In this document: positions 21,819 to 31,164 of the stretch, one piece after another | Position numbering within the stretch: the stretch's first letter is position 1 | How the letters are laid out: every line of letters starts with the position of its first letter | Origin: Actinomycetota bacterium | GTDB taxonomy: Bacteria > Actinomycetota > Actinomycetes > S36-B12 > UBA10799 | DNA length: 64,000 bases | Assembly (NCBI GenBank): GCA_963169225.1 | Contig: CAUJDH010000088.1 | Span: 22,718 to 86,717 of the forward strand | Direction: 5' to 3' | Notes under the pieces: generated by a model | The model's database searches: none | The model's input: only the letters and a program-made list of their open reading frames with translations | Told to the model about the DNA's origin: nothing | Made by a program: the position numbers and the translations under genes

Positions 21819-24800
21819 GTGTCTGAACCCGTCCGTGACCCCGAACCCAGCCTAGATTCGACCTCGTCGTACCGCTTGGTGGCACCAAAGATTGACCTGC
21901 CCCAAATGGAGCGTGAAGTCCTGGAATTTTGGGAACAAAACGACATTTTCGGCAAAACTCTGACTCAGAGCGAAGGCAAACCCAAATGGGTCTTCTACGA
22001 AGGCCCCCCGACCGCCAACGGAAACCCAGGCGCCCACCACGTAGAAGCTCGAGTTTTCAAAGACGTATTCCCCCGCTACAAGACCATGCAGGGTCACTTT
22101 GTGCCCCGTAAAGCTGGCTGGGATTGTCATGGTTTGCCAGTCGAGCTAGCAGTAGAAAAGCAGCTTGGATTCAACGGTAAGCCAGATATCGAAGAATACG
22201 GAATCGCCGAATTCAACGAAAAATGTCGCGAATCGGTACTCAGCCATGTGGACGAGTTTGAAGAGATGACTCGTCGTATGGGCTACTGGGTTGATATGGA
22301 TTCGGCCTACTGGACCATGGATGCTGACTACATCCAAAGCGTGTGGTGGTCACTGAAGAAGATCTTTGATGCAGGTCTACTGGTCGAGGACCAACGTGTT
22401 GCGCCTTACTGCCCTAGGTGCGGAACTGGTCTTTCTGATCACGAGGTGGCTCAGGGATACGAGGATATCGTCGATCCCTCGATCTATGTACGATTCCCGC
22501 TGACTTCGGGTGCAGTGGTGGAGCGCCATCCTGGCGCGACCATGCTGGTGTGGACGACCACGCCATGGACCTTGGTTTCTAATACGGCCGTGGCGGTGAA
22601 TCCTGAGGCTGAATACGCAGTCGTTCGTCAACAAGATTCGGACGAGACGTATGTAGTCGCAACCAATTTGGTCGAACAAGTGCTCGGTGATGGTTCTGAG
22701 ATCCTTGAAACCTTCCCTGGCACCGAACTTGAACGAGCCCAATATGAGCGGCCATTCGACTTGATCGAAATTCCTGACTCGCACTTCGTGTTGCTCGCCG
22801 ACTACGTCACGATCGATGATGGAACCGGACTGGTTCATCAGGCGCCAGCATTCGGTGCTGATGACCTTGCAGCTTGCCGAGAGTACGGACTGCCGGTGGT
22901 GAACCCCATTGCCGCCGATGGCACCTTCAAATCTGACGTTCCGCTAGTCGCAGGAAAATTCTTCAAGGATGCCGATGCCACCCTGGTTGAGGATCTTGAG
23001 TCTCGCGGAAAGATGTTCCGGCTACGTGAATACGAACACTCCTATCCTCACTGCTGGCGTTGCCATACGCCGCTCATGTACTACGCACAACCATCGTGGT
23101 ACATCCGCACTACACAGATCAAAGACCGACTGATCGCCGAGAACGAGAAGACCAACTGGTTCCCGGAGACCATCAAACACGGACGCTTTGGTGACTGGCT
23201 CAACAACAACATCGACTGGGCGCTCTCGCGCAATCGCTACTGGGGAACTCCCCTGCCAATCTGGCGCTGTCCTGAAGGTCATCTCACAGCAGTTGGCTCG
23301 ATGGAGGAACTTAGCCAGCTAGCAGGCACTGACGTATCGACCACTGACCCACACCGCCCGTTTGTCGACGACATCACCATCGCGTGCGCTGAATGTGGCG
23401 AGACAGCCAATCGAGTACCCGAGGTCATCGACTGCTGGTACGACTCCGGTGCAATGCCCTTTGCTCAATTCGGCTATCCGCGCAATAACGTCGAAGAATT
23501 TGAGACCAGTTATCCCGCAGACTTTATTTGCGAGGCAATCGACCAAACACGCGGCTGGTTCTACACGCTGCTAGCTGTTGGTGAACTAGCGAATGGGGCG
23601 TCGCCCTATAAGAACGTTCTGTGCCTAGGACACATCCTTGACGAAAAAGGCGAGAAGATGTCTAAGCACAAAGGAAATGTGCTCGAACCGATTCCTCTGA
23701 TGGAAGACCACGGAGCCGATGCCTTGCGTTGGTTCATGGTGGCCTCAGGTTCTGCTTGGCAGGCGCGCCGCCTTGGTCATCAAGCAATCGTCGAGACGGT
23801 GCGCAAGACACTTCTTACCTACTGGAATACGGCGTCGTTCCTGTCGCTCTACGGACGAATTGCCGAATTTGATCCTTTGAATTCAGGCGCCGCTGCGCCT
23901 AGCGAACGTCAGTCACTCGACCGTTGGGCACTGGCATTGACCAACCAACTGATCATTGACGTAACCTCTGCCATGGATGAGTTCAACACTCAGTCTGTCG
24001 GTCGGCTGCTAACTGACTACGTCGATGACTTGTCGAATTGGTACGTTCGCCGTTCCCGCCGACGCTTCTGGGATGGCGAACCGAATGCGCTCGCCACGCT
24101 TCATGAATGTATGACAACACTGACATTGTTGATGGCACCGCTCACTCCGTTCATTACCGAACGCGTGTGGTCAGATCTGTTCCACTCGACTGATCCTTCG
24201 CTGCCTCCTTCGGTTCATATGGCCACCTGGCCTGAAGCGGACGCCCGACTGCTTGACAGAGACTTACTCACTCAGGTTGATCTGGTCAGGCGTGTAGTTG
24301 ACCTTGGTCGCACAGCCCGCTCCGAATCCCAAGTCAAGACGCGCCAACCCTTGGGTCGAGCATTAATCTCAGCTGCCGGATGGCAGAAGCTTCCGCAAGA
24401 TTTGGTGGAAGAGACCAAATCCGAACTCAACGTTCTCGCACTCGAGCCGTTGGATGTCTCGGACTCCGAGCTACTGAGTATTACCGTGAAGCCGAACTTC
24501 CGCGAACTTGGCAAGCGCTTCGCCAAGCAGACTCCGTTGGTGGCCAAGGCAATCACGGAGGCAGATCCAGCCGAGTTGGCAGACAAGCTTCGTGCGCACG
24601 GAGCAGCTGAAGTAGCCGTCGATGGAGCCGACCACCAAATCACTCCTGAGGATGTCAGTATCACTGAATCACCCAAGGAGGGTTGGGCCGTCGCCCAAGA
24701 GTCGGGCGAAGCCGTAGCTCTCGACCTTGAGATCAACGACGAACTTGCGCAGCTGGGTGTCGCACGTGATCTTGTTCGTGAGGTTCAAGAAGCGCGAAAG

Positions 24801-25001
24801 AACAACGGGTTCGAAGTCACCGACCGAATCTCGATCACCTGGAGTTCTTCCAATGACCAGGTGCGTGCAGCTATGGCCAATCACGGCGGCTCAATTGCTG
24901 ATGATGTGTTGGCTACCTCTGTCGAAGAGGTCGACTCCGCGGTCGACCTGGCACAGTCGTCCGAGAATCTGAACTTCAGCTATACCCTCGAGCGTCAATA
25001 G
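21819..25001 (+). CDS. ileS: Isoleucine--tRNA ligase (type 2)
   Basis: This 1060 aa ORF has a HIGH-region PTANGNPGAHHVEAR and KMSKHKGN. The N-terminal YRLVAPKIDLPQMEREVLEFW matches the Streptomyces-type N-terminus. The only in-frame start upstream of YR is GTG 21819. Confidence 0.95.
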   Translation: MSEPVRDPEPSLDSTSSYRLVAPKIDLPQMEREVLEFWEQNDIFGKTLTQSEGKPKWVFYEGPPTANGNPGAHHVEARVFKDVFPRYKTMQGHFVPRKAGWDCHGLPVELAVEKQLGFNGKPDIEEYGIAEFNEKCRESVLSHVDEFEEMTRRMGYWVDMDSAYWTMDADYIQSVWWSLKKIFDAGLLVEDQRVAPYCPRCGTGLSDHEVAQGYEDIVDPSIYVRFPLTSGAVVERHPGATMLVWTTTPWTLVSNTAVAVNPEAEYAVVRQQDSDETYVVATNLVEQVLGDGSEILETFPGTELERAQYERPFDLIEIPDSHFVLLADYVTIDDGTGLVHQAPAFGADDLAACREYGLPVVNPIAADGTFKSDVPLVAGKFFKDADATLVEDLESRGKMFRLREYEHSYPHCWRCHTPLMYYAQPSWYIRTTQIKDRLIAENEKTNWFPETIKHGRFGDWLNNNIDWALSRNRYWGTPLPIWRCPEGHLTAVGSMEELSQLAGTDVSTTDPHRPFVDDITIACAECGETANRVPEVIDCWYDSGAMPFAQFGYPRNNVEEFETSYPADFICEAIDQTRGWFYTLLAVGELANGASPYKNVLCLGHILDEKGEKMSKHKGNVLEPIPLMEDHGADALRWFMVASGSAWQARRLGHQAIVETVRKTLLTYWNTASFLSLYGRIAEFDPLNSGAAAPSERQSLDRWALALTNQLIIDVTSAMDEFNTQSVGRLLTDYVDDLSNWYVRRSRRRFWDGEPNALATLHECMTTLTLLMAPLTPFITERVWSDLFHSTDPSLPPSVHMATWPEADARLLDRDLLTQVDLVRRVVDLGRTARSESQVKTRQPLGRALISAAGWQKLPQDLVEETKSELNVLALEPLDVSDSELLSITVKPNFRELGKRFAKQTPLVAKAITEADPAELADKLRAHGAAEVAVDGADHQITPEDVSITESPKEGWAVAQESGEAVALDLEINDELAQLGVARDLVREVQEARKNNGFEVTDRISITWSSSNDQVRAAMANHGGSIADDVLATSVEEVDSAVDLAQSSENLNFSYTLERQ

Positions 25002-25017
25002 CTGCCTAGCAAGATCC

Positions 25018-25308
25018 CTAAATCGGGAGCGCTAGTGCTACCGCAATCAGCACTTGGATCCCAAGGATCAACACCAGGAACGATAAGTCGAGTGCAATCG
25101 AGCCAATCTTCAGCGGTGGAATGATCCTGCGCAGAAACTTCAGCGGCGGATCAGTCAAGGTGTAGACAACCTCGGCTATAACCAGGATCGGACCTTTTGG
25201 TTTCCAGTCAGGGGAAAGTAACTGCACCAAATCAATCACGAAGCGTGCTAGCAGAACCAAGAAGTAGAGCCACAGAATCGTGGCTAAGATCTCGCCCACT
25301 CCGGTCAA
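25018..25308 (-). CDS. yggT: YggT-family membrane protein
   Basis: This 96 aa ORF has the motifs LLARFVIDLV and TDPPLKFLRRIIPPL. It occupies the canonical position after sepF. Confidence 0.8.
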   Translation of the reverse strand: MTGVGEILATILWLYFLVLLARFVIDLVQLLSPDWKPKGPILVIAEVVYTLTDPPLKFLRRIIPPLKIGSIALDLSFLVLILGIQVLIAVALALPI

Positions 25309-25334
25309 CGCTGAAACCCTGCTTGCTTAGAGTC

Positions 25335-25952
25335 TTAGGCGCGTGCGGCCATGCTGTCGCGGAGGCGAGCACGTGCATCTTCAGCACTTACCTCGAGATC
25401 AGCTGGAGTCAGCATGAACACCTTATTGCTCACACGCTCGATGGAACCGCGAACACCAAAGACCAAGCCTGCAGCAAAGTCAACGAGACGCTTGGCGTCT
25501 GCATCGTCAAGCTCGGTCAGATCCATGATCACGGGAACGCCACCGCGGAATTCCTCACCGATGCGACGAGCATCGTTGTAGGACTGCGGCTGAAGGGTAG
25601 TGATGCGCTTAGGGTCTGCGTCGCGACCAGCGGCACGCGAACGTGGGCGGCTCGCGGCTGGATGTGCACCTGCAGCAGGAACGGCATCCAAGACAGTGGT
25701 CTCGTTGCGCCAATCACGCGACGCTGCAGCTGGCTCGCGTGGAGCACGCTCGCTCACGCTGACATAGTCATTGCCCTGGGCTGGACTACTTGGACGCTCG
25801 TAGGAGCGAAGTGGACGGGATGACTCTTCTGCCTTTTCACGGGAAGCGGGTGCCTCATCGTAATCCGACTCGAAGTCATCGTAAAAGTCGTCGTATCGGT
25901 CATCCTCAACAAGGCCGAGGTAGACCGCCATCTTCTTCATTGTTCCCGCCAT
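25335..25952 (-). CDS. sepF: Cell division protein SepF
   Basis: The ORF has the N-terminus [18 protein letters not shown], a disordered linker and a C-terminal SepF core ([29 protein letters not shown]). Confidence 0.9.
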   Translation of the reverse strand: MAGTMKKMAVYLGLVEDDRYDDFYDDFESDYDEAPASREKAEESSRPLRSYERPSSPAQGNDYVSVSERAPREPAAASRDWRNETTVLDAVPAAGAHPAASRPRSRAAGRDADPKRITTLQPQSYNDARRIGEEFRGGVPVIMDLTELDDADAKRLVDFAAGLVFGVRGSIERVSNKVFMLTPADLEVSAEDARARLRDSMAARA

Positions 25953-26028
25953 CTGAATTCCCCTTAGAACTTTTCTTACGTTGTTTCGCTCGGTATAGAC
26001 CGTCTATTTTTGTCGTTCAAGTTTGAGG

Positions 26029-26781
26029 TTACCTGAGGGATTCACGTTGCCCTAGCACCGCCGCGCCAAGCCGAACGTGTGTTGCTCCGAACTTGATTGC
26101 AAGTTCAAAATCTGAACTCATCCCTGCTGACATCATGCCTGCTTCTGGGTGATTCTGCAGCAACTTTTGGTGAATCTTGGCAAGCTTTTCGAACGACTGT
26201 GCCGGATCTGCACCCAACGGCGCTACCGCCATGACGCCACCCAGATTTAGCGAGTCCGACTGAGCAATAACATCGGCCAGTTCAGACACAGAATCTGGTT
26301 GCGCGCCTCCCCGGTCTTGGGGTGCATCTGGGTCCAAATTGACTTGAATCAGACAACTAATAGCATCGATGCCTTTGTTAGTAGCCGACTTATCAAGAGC
26401 CCTCGCCAGCTTGGGCCGATCAACGGACTCAACGACTCTCGCGTACCTAACAATTGAGTTTGTTTTGTTGGTCTGAGCCTGACCCACAAAGTGCCATGTG
26501 ACATCGTCGCCCGCATCGGCGAACTCAGCGAATGTTGCCGCTTTTGGAGCTGCTTCTTGATCACGGTTCTCGGCAAAGTCTTTGACTCCCAAACGGTAAA
26601 GCCGGACCACATCATCAACCGGATACGTCTTGGTGACCACAGTGAGCGACACTTCACTCGGATCCCGACCTATCGCTTGTGCCGCGACCTTGATCTGGTC
26701 ACGAATCGCGTTCAAGTTGTCTGCGAGTTCAGCACTGCGGTCATCATTCTGACGCTCAAGGTCGTTCATAGCTTCTATCAT
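26029..26781 (-). CDS. yggS: YggS-family pyridoxal-phosphate homeostasis protein
   Basis: This 250 aa ORF has the motifs VTKTYP, FAENR, WHFVGQAQTNK and SAGMSSDFE. Confidence 0.9.
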   Translation of the reverse strand: MIEAMNDLERQNDDRSAELADNLNAIRDQIKVAAQAIGRDPSEVSLTVVTKTYPVDDVVRLYRLGVKDFAENRDQEAAPKAATFAEFADAGDDVTWHFVGQAQTNKTNSIVRYARVVESVDRPKLARALDKSATNKGIDAISCLIQVNLDPDAPQDRGGAQPDSVSELADVIAQSDSLNLGGVMAVAPLGADPAQSFEKLAKIHQKLLQNHPEAGMMSAGMSSDFELAIKFGATHVRLGAAVLGQRESLR

Positions 26782-27569
26782 GCTGGTGCCTTCCTCAGCA
26801 CAATCGCAGCACCCTGGCGTCCGGTTGTCCCATCACGTCGATACGAGAAGTGGCGGGTGGATTCACTGGTGCACTCCCCCGACGATATCGCCACAACACC
26901 CAGTTCTGACAGCTGCGATACGGCTCCTAGAGCGATGTCGATGCCGTATTTGCCGCGGCTCTCGAACACCGCACTAGGGGCCACAGCCGCTACTTGGGCA
27001 GCCCTCTCTGAGTCCACCTCGTAGCACTGTCCGCAGATACTGGGTCCTATATGTGCCTGAATCGACTCGGGGGCAGCTCCTTGGCTACACATCTGGTGCA
27101 CCGAGGCCGACAGAATGCCTTTGACTAGACCCTGCCAGCCAGAGTGTGCAATAGCGACAACTCCAGACTCGATATCAGCGAACGTCACAACAGCGCAATC
27201 CGCTCCGAGTCCCAGTAAAGCCAAATCAGGAACCGTGGTGACAAGCCCGTCGACTCCCTCAATAACACCTTCCTCAGATGTTTCGACACAGGCGACATTG
27301 GCGCTGTGCGCGGCACCGATTGCAACCAGGCCAGCTTGCGCACCACCGATCGCTTGCACAAGCACGGAGCGATTCTGTTCGACCTGTGAATGGTCATCCC
27401 CCACATGAGTAGCCAGATTCAGAGTGTCAAAAGGGGGACGACTATCACCCTGATTGGGCGCTCCGTCCAATGTAACCGGACCGTCTTGATTGAAGGCAAC
27501 ACAAAAACGGTCAGTGAACGCCCATTGGGCTGTATAGCCCGAGCGCCACTGACCGCTTATGTGAGAGAT
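26778..27569 (-). CDS. pgeF: PgeF/YfiH-family (DUF152) peptidoglycan editing factor; start codon uncertain (ATC 27569 proposed; TTG 27470 in track)
   Basis: The ORF has the motifs PPFDTLNLATHVGDD, ADCAVV, AHSGWQG, IGPSICGQCYEV and SYRRDG. The same frame stays open upstream to TGA 27600-27602 and encodes a conserved-looking N-terminus (ISHISGQWRSGYTAQWAFTDR) with no ATG, GTG or TTG. Confidence 0.8.
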   Translation of the reverse strand: MSHISGQWRSGYTAQWAFTDRFCVAFNQDGPVTLDGAPNQGDSRPPFDTLNLATHVGDDHSQVEQNRSVLVQAIGGAQAGLVAIGAAHSANVACVETSEEGVIEGVDGLVTTVPDLALLGLGADCAVVTFADIESGVVAIAHSGWQGLVKGILSASVHQMCSQGAAPESIQAHIGPSICGQCYEVDSERAAQVAAVAPSAVFESRGKYGIDIALGAVSQLSELGVVAISSGECTSESTRHFSYRRDGTTGRQGAAIVLRKAPA

Positions 27570-27586
27570 CTTTGCTCCTACTTGCC

Positions 27587-28819
27587 TTACTTGAGGAAGT
27601 CAGGAACGTCGAGGTCCTCTTGACGACCTGCTGGCTCGTCAAACGCAATGGTGCGTGAGGTTGGCGACAGCGGACGGCCAACCTCAGCCTTGCGCTCAGA
27701 TGAGGTGAGATCGATCGTGGCGGGTGCGCCTGCGGAAACCGACTCGGTCACCCTCTCGAACTTCTCAGCCTCAACCTTGACCTCAGTGGCCTGGGTGGCT
27801 GGCTTCTCGGCAGTCAAACCTGGCTTGCCCAGCAGTGCGCGACCGGTTGCAGTGGTCTTGCGTGGCTGTGGTGTTCCACCGTCAAATCCAGCGGCGATCA
27901 CCGTGACGCGAACCTCGTCACCCAAGGTGTCGTCGATGACGGTACCGAAGATGATGTTGGCCTCTGGGTGAACAGCCTCGGCGACCATACGAGCGGCTTC
28001 GTTGATCTCGAAGAGACCGACATCGGAGCCACCGGCAACCGAGATCAGAACGCCACGAGCGCCCTCGATGCTTGCCTCGAGCAATGGCGAGTTGATAGCC
28101 ATCTCTGCGGCACCCATCGAACGATCTTCGCCACGAGCTGAACCGATACCCATGAGGGCTGATCCGGCGTTACCCATAACGCTCTTGACATCTGCGAAGT
28201 CAAGGTTGATCAGACCAGGTGTAGTGATCAGGTCGGTGATACCGGATACACCCTGCAGGAGGATGTGATCGGCCTGACGGAAGGCATCGATCATCGAGAT
28301 GTTGCGATCGGTCAACGAGAGCAGACGATCGTTCGGGATGACGATGAGAGTGTCGACCTCTTCGCGAAGTGACTCGATGCCGCTCTCGGCCTGGGTTCCA
28401 CGACGACGACCTTCGAAACCGAATGGACGGGTGACGACACCGATCGTCAGCGCACCGAGGGTGCGAGCAATCTTGGCAACTACTGGGGCTGCACCGGTTC
28501 CGGTTCCGCCTCCCTCGCCAGCTGTAACGAAGACCATGTCGGCACCGCGAAGCACCTCTTCGATCTCGTTCTGATGATCCTCAGCTGCACGACGGCCAAC
28601 CTCGGGATCTGCGCCAGCACCGAGACCGCGAGTTAGTTCACGTCCGATGTCGAGCTTGACATCAGCATCGCTCATAAGGAGCTGCTGAGCATCAGTGTTG
28701 ATGGCGATGAATTCAACGCCCTTGAGTCCGATTTCGATCATGCGGTTGACGGCGTTAACTCCGCCGCCACCGACACCAACGACTTTGATAACTGCTAGGT
28801 AATTCTGCGGGGCTGCCAC
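27587..28819 (-). CDS. ftsZ: Cell division GTPase FtsZ
   Basis: The ORF has the motifs [22 protein letters not shown] and [13 protein letters not shown] and a C-terminal DVPDFLK. I trimmed the start to GTG 28819 (MAAPQNY), which is preceded by GAGAGGA. Confidence 0.97.
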   Translation of the reverse strand: MAAPQNYLAVIKVVGVGGGGVNAVNRMIEIGLKGVEFIAINTDAQQLLMSDADVKLDIGRELTRGLGAGADPEVGRRAAEDHQNEIEEVLRGADMVFVTAGEGGGTGTGAAPVVAKIARTLGALTIGVVTRPFGFEGRRRGTQAESGIESLREEVDTLIVIPNDRLLSLTDRNISMIDAFRQADHILLQGVSGITDLITTPGLINLDFADVKSVMGNAGSALMGIGSARGEDRSMGAAEMAINSPLLEASIEGARGVLISVAGGSDVGLFEINEAARMVAEAVHPEANIIFGTVIDDTLGDEVRVTVIAAGFDGGTPQPRKTTATGRALLGKPGLTAEKPATQATEVKVEAEKFERVTESVSAGAPATIDLTSSERKAEVGRPLSPTSRTIAFDEPAGRQEDLDVPDFLK

Positions 28820-28849
28820 GAGTAGTCCTCTCGTTAAGTTTCTGCCCGG

Positions 28850-28879
28850 GAATGGGCACTTCGGTTGTCTTGCCCATTC
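28850..28879 (-). other. Perfect 9-bp stem / 12-nt loop hairpin in the ftsZ leader
   Basis: GAATGGGCA (28850-28858) pairs with TGCCCATTC (28871-28879). The hairpin lies 31-60 nt upstream of the ftsZ GTG. Confidence 0.35.
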
Positions 28880-29121
28880 GGGCGCTGTATCGCTGGGACG
28901 ACTTGCTTCAAACAGGTTCGCCACAGTGACCTGAACGTTTGGGGAAGGTCGAGAGAAAGCCGGAACCCCCATCACTCAATTAGAGTCAAGCTCTACTTGA
29001 GACTTAGATCACGGCTTCCCACCGACAAAAGAAACATTAGAGTGGTCTATCAACGTCAGCAAGCAACTTGGCCGAATTGGTAGCAACTTTTCTCGAACTC
29101 ACCTAAGCGTCAAGTTGAGGT

Positions 29122-29418
29122 TTAGGCTTCTGTTTCAGGTTCTGAACCAAGCGGAACTGGAGGCTTTACCAGGGCCCAAGTAGTAAAGAATGCCGCAACT
29201 ACTAGCATTCCGATTCCCGCCCACAGATTGATATTGACATTTACGGACTTGGCTACGTCCGCTTCCCCGACCACGATCCCCATCCCTGTGACAACAATGC
29301 CGAAAATCAGCATGAGAGCAGCGATATAAGTACGCAGGTCGAGCAGCCGCGCTTCAGTCATGGTCATGCGCACAGGTTCTTCTACATGTGTATCTTCGGT
29401 ATCAGTTTGTTGATTCAT
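29122..29418 (-). CDS. Small two-TM membrane protein coupled to the symporter gene
   Basis: This ORF immediately follows the symporter stop at 29431. I chose ATG 29418, preceded by GGGAG; the track GTG is at 29430. It has two hydrophobic helices and I recognise no family. Confidence 0.5.
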   Translation of the reverse strand: MNQQTDTEDTHVEEPVRMTMTEARLLDLRTYIAALMLIFGIVVTGMGIVVGEADVAKSVNVNINLWAGIGMLVVAAFFTTWALVKPPVPLGSEPETEA

Positions 29419-29430
29419 CTGTGCTCCCAC

Positions 29431-31116
29431 CTATATGAACATGAATGGTATGTACATGGCCATTGCTAAACCAATAGCTCCGGCACCCAACACGACTGGA
29501 CGTTTGTACCAAGGTTCTACGCCACCTTCATCGCTCTCTTCAAGCGGGTTCTCCATGCCCTTGACGAGACCCGTCAGCTCGGACAGCTTCTTAGGTTCAG
29601 TGAACTTGGTGACGACGACCGAGACAATCAGGTCGGCCGCAGCAGCTACGATTCCCATCCACATGGCCTGTTGAAATGAGGAACGGAAGAGGTCCGGGTT
29701 TACTAGTGCGTAGACCCATACGCAAGCCGCCGCCGAGGTACCTGACAGTAGACCCCAGAATCCCGCCCATGGAGTCATCCGACGCCAGAACATGCCAAGG
29801 ATGAAGGTGATGAATACGGGCGCTTGAAAGAAGGAAAATAGGGTCTGCAGATACTCATTGATGTTGTTAAATGCCGAAGCTATAAACGCAGTGGCAATGC
29901 CGATAAGGACACCAATCAAGGTGACGAGTCGACCAAATTTGAGGTAATAGCCATCGGGACGGTCTTTGACGATATACGTCTGCCAGATGTCATAGGTGAA
30001 TACTGTGTTGAAACTCGATACGTTCGCTGCCATACCGGCCATAAATGCGGCCACCAAGCCCGTTACTGCTACTCCGAGCACGCCGCTGGGAAGTAGGTTC
30101 TCGACCAAAAGTGGGATCGCGTTCGTATAGGACATGTCCGGGTCATCGGTCTTGCCGATCTGCGGGATCAAGAGTGCAGCGCAGATTCCGGGAAGAATCA
30201 CGAGAAACGGAATAAAAATCTTGGGGTATGCGCCGATGATGGGTGCGCGGCGGGCTGAGTTCAAATTCTTGGCAGCCAAGGCGCGCTGGACTTCAGCGAA
30301 GTTCGTAGTCCAGTAGCCAAAGGACAAGATGAACGCCTGACCCATGATGATGCCAATCCAATCGCCGATAGGGTTCGGCTGAGCGGCGTTGAGTTCGGTA
30401 CCTGCCCATGGATGAGTCCAATAAGTGGGATAACTCGAGAGTCGTTCGATGACCTCTCCAGGGCCACCTACCGCTATTACTGCAATCACGGCAAGCGGAA
30501 TCAAGCCGACAATGATTACGAAGAACTGCAGAACCTCGTTATAAATCGCACCTGTAAGACCTCCGGTAATGACATAGGCCAGGACCAGAGCAGCTGCCAC
30601 ACACACCGACAGCGGCAACTCCCATCCCAAAAGTGCGCGCAAAACGATAGCCAATGAGTACAGGTTCACTCCGGCGATCAAGACTGCAGACAGAGCAAAC
30701 GACGCGGCATTTAGTGCGTGAGTGGGCTTGTTATACCGCAGACGCAGGTATTCGGGAACGGACCGTACTTTGGATCCGTAGTAGAACGGCATCATTACCA
30801 CGCCGAGGAAAACCATGGCTGGGATCGCACCGATCCAGTAGTAGTGCACACTGGCGGCACCAAACTGGGCGCCGTTGGCGGCGAAACCCAGAATCTCGAT
30901 GGCTCCCAGGTTCGCAGAAATAAACGCCAAACCCGCGATCCATGCAGGTATAGATCGGCCGCTGAGGAAGAAGTCCAAGCTCGACTTGACCTTACGCCGG
31001 ACCATGAATCCGATGAACAGGACAAAAGCAAAGTAGGTCAACAAAAGGGCATAGTCGATCGGCTTCATATCCAACCGAACGTTTACCGCGAGTTGCTGGA
31101 CGAGCGTTTGACTCAC
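29431..31116 (-). CDS. Sodium:solute symporter family (SSF/SGLT-like) transporter
   Basis: This 561 aa ORF has about 13-14 TM segments. The N-terminal signature is FFLSGRSIPAWIAGLAFISANLGAIEILG. Confidence 0.88.
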   Translation of the reverse strand: MSQTLVQQLAVNVRLDMKPIDYALLLTYFAFVLFIGFMVRRKVKSSLDFFLSGRSIPAWIAGLAFISANLGAIEILGFAANGAQFGAASVHYYWIGAIPAMVFLGVVMMPFYYGSKVRSVPEYLRLRYNKPTHALNAASFALSAVLIAGVNLYSLAIVLRALLGWELPLSVCVAAALVLAYVITGGLTGAIYNEVLQFFVIIVGLIPLAVIAVIAVGGPGEVIERLSSYPTYWTHPWAGTELNAAQPNPIGDWIGIIMGQAFILSFGYWTTNFAEVQRALAAKNLNSARRAPIIGAYPKIFIPFLVILPGICAALLIPQIGKTDDPDMSYTNAIPLLVENLLPSGVLGVAVTGLVAAFMAGMAANVSSFNTVFTYDIWQTYIVKDRPDGYYLKFGRLVTLIGVLIGIATAFIASAFNNINEYLQTLFSFFQAPVFITFILGMFWRRMTPWAGFWGLLSGTSAAACVWVYALVNPDLFRSSFQQAMWMGIVAAAADLIVSVVVTKFTEPKKLSELTGLVKGMENPLEESDEGGVEPWYKRPVVLGAGAIGLAMAMYIPFMFI

Positions 31117-31164
31117 AAAGAGGATTCTTGCGCTTTTAGGCGCATTTTTGCGCTTTTTATTGCG

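Noticed and set aside
21876-21887. A T-box-like sequence, TTGGTGGCACCA, lies near the 5-prime end of ileS. Actinobacterial ileS genes are often T-box regulated.
   Set aside because: The motif lies inside the reading frame at the conserved YRLVAPKIDLP N-terminus. The only in-frame start upstream of that block is GTG 21819. The 103-nt intergenic region shows no specifier-loop or antiterminator architecture that I could fold by eye. A covariance-model scan (Rfam RF00230) would settle the question.
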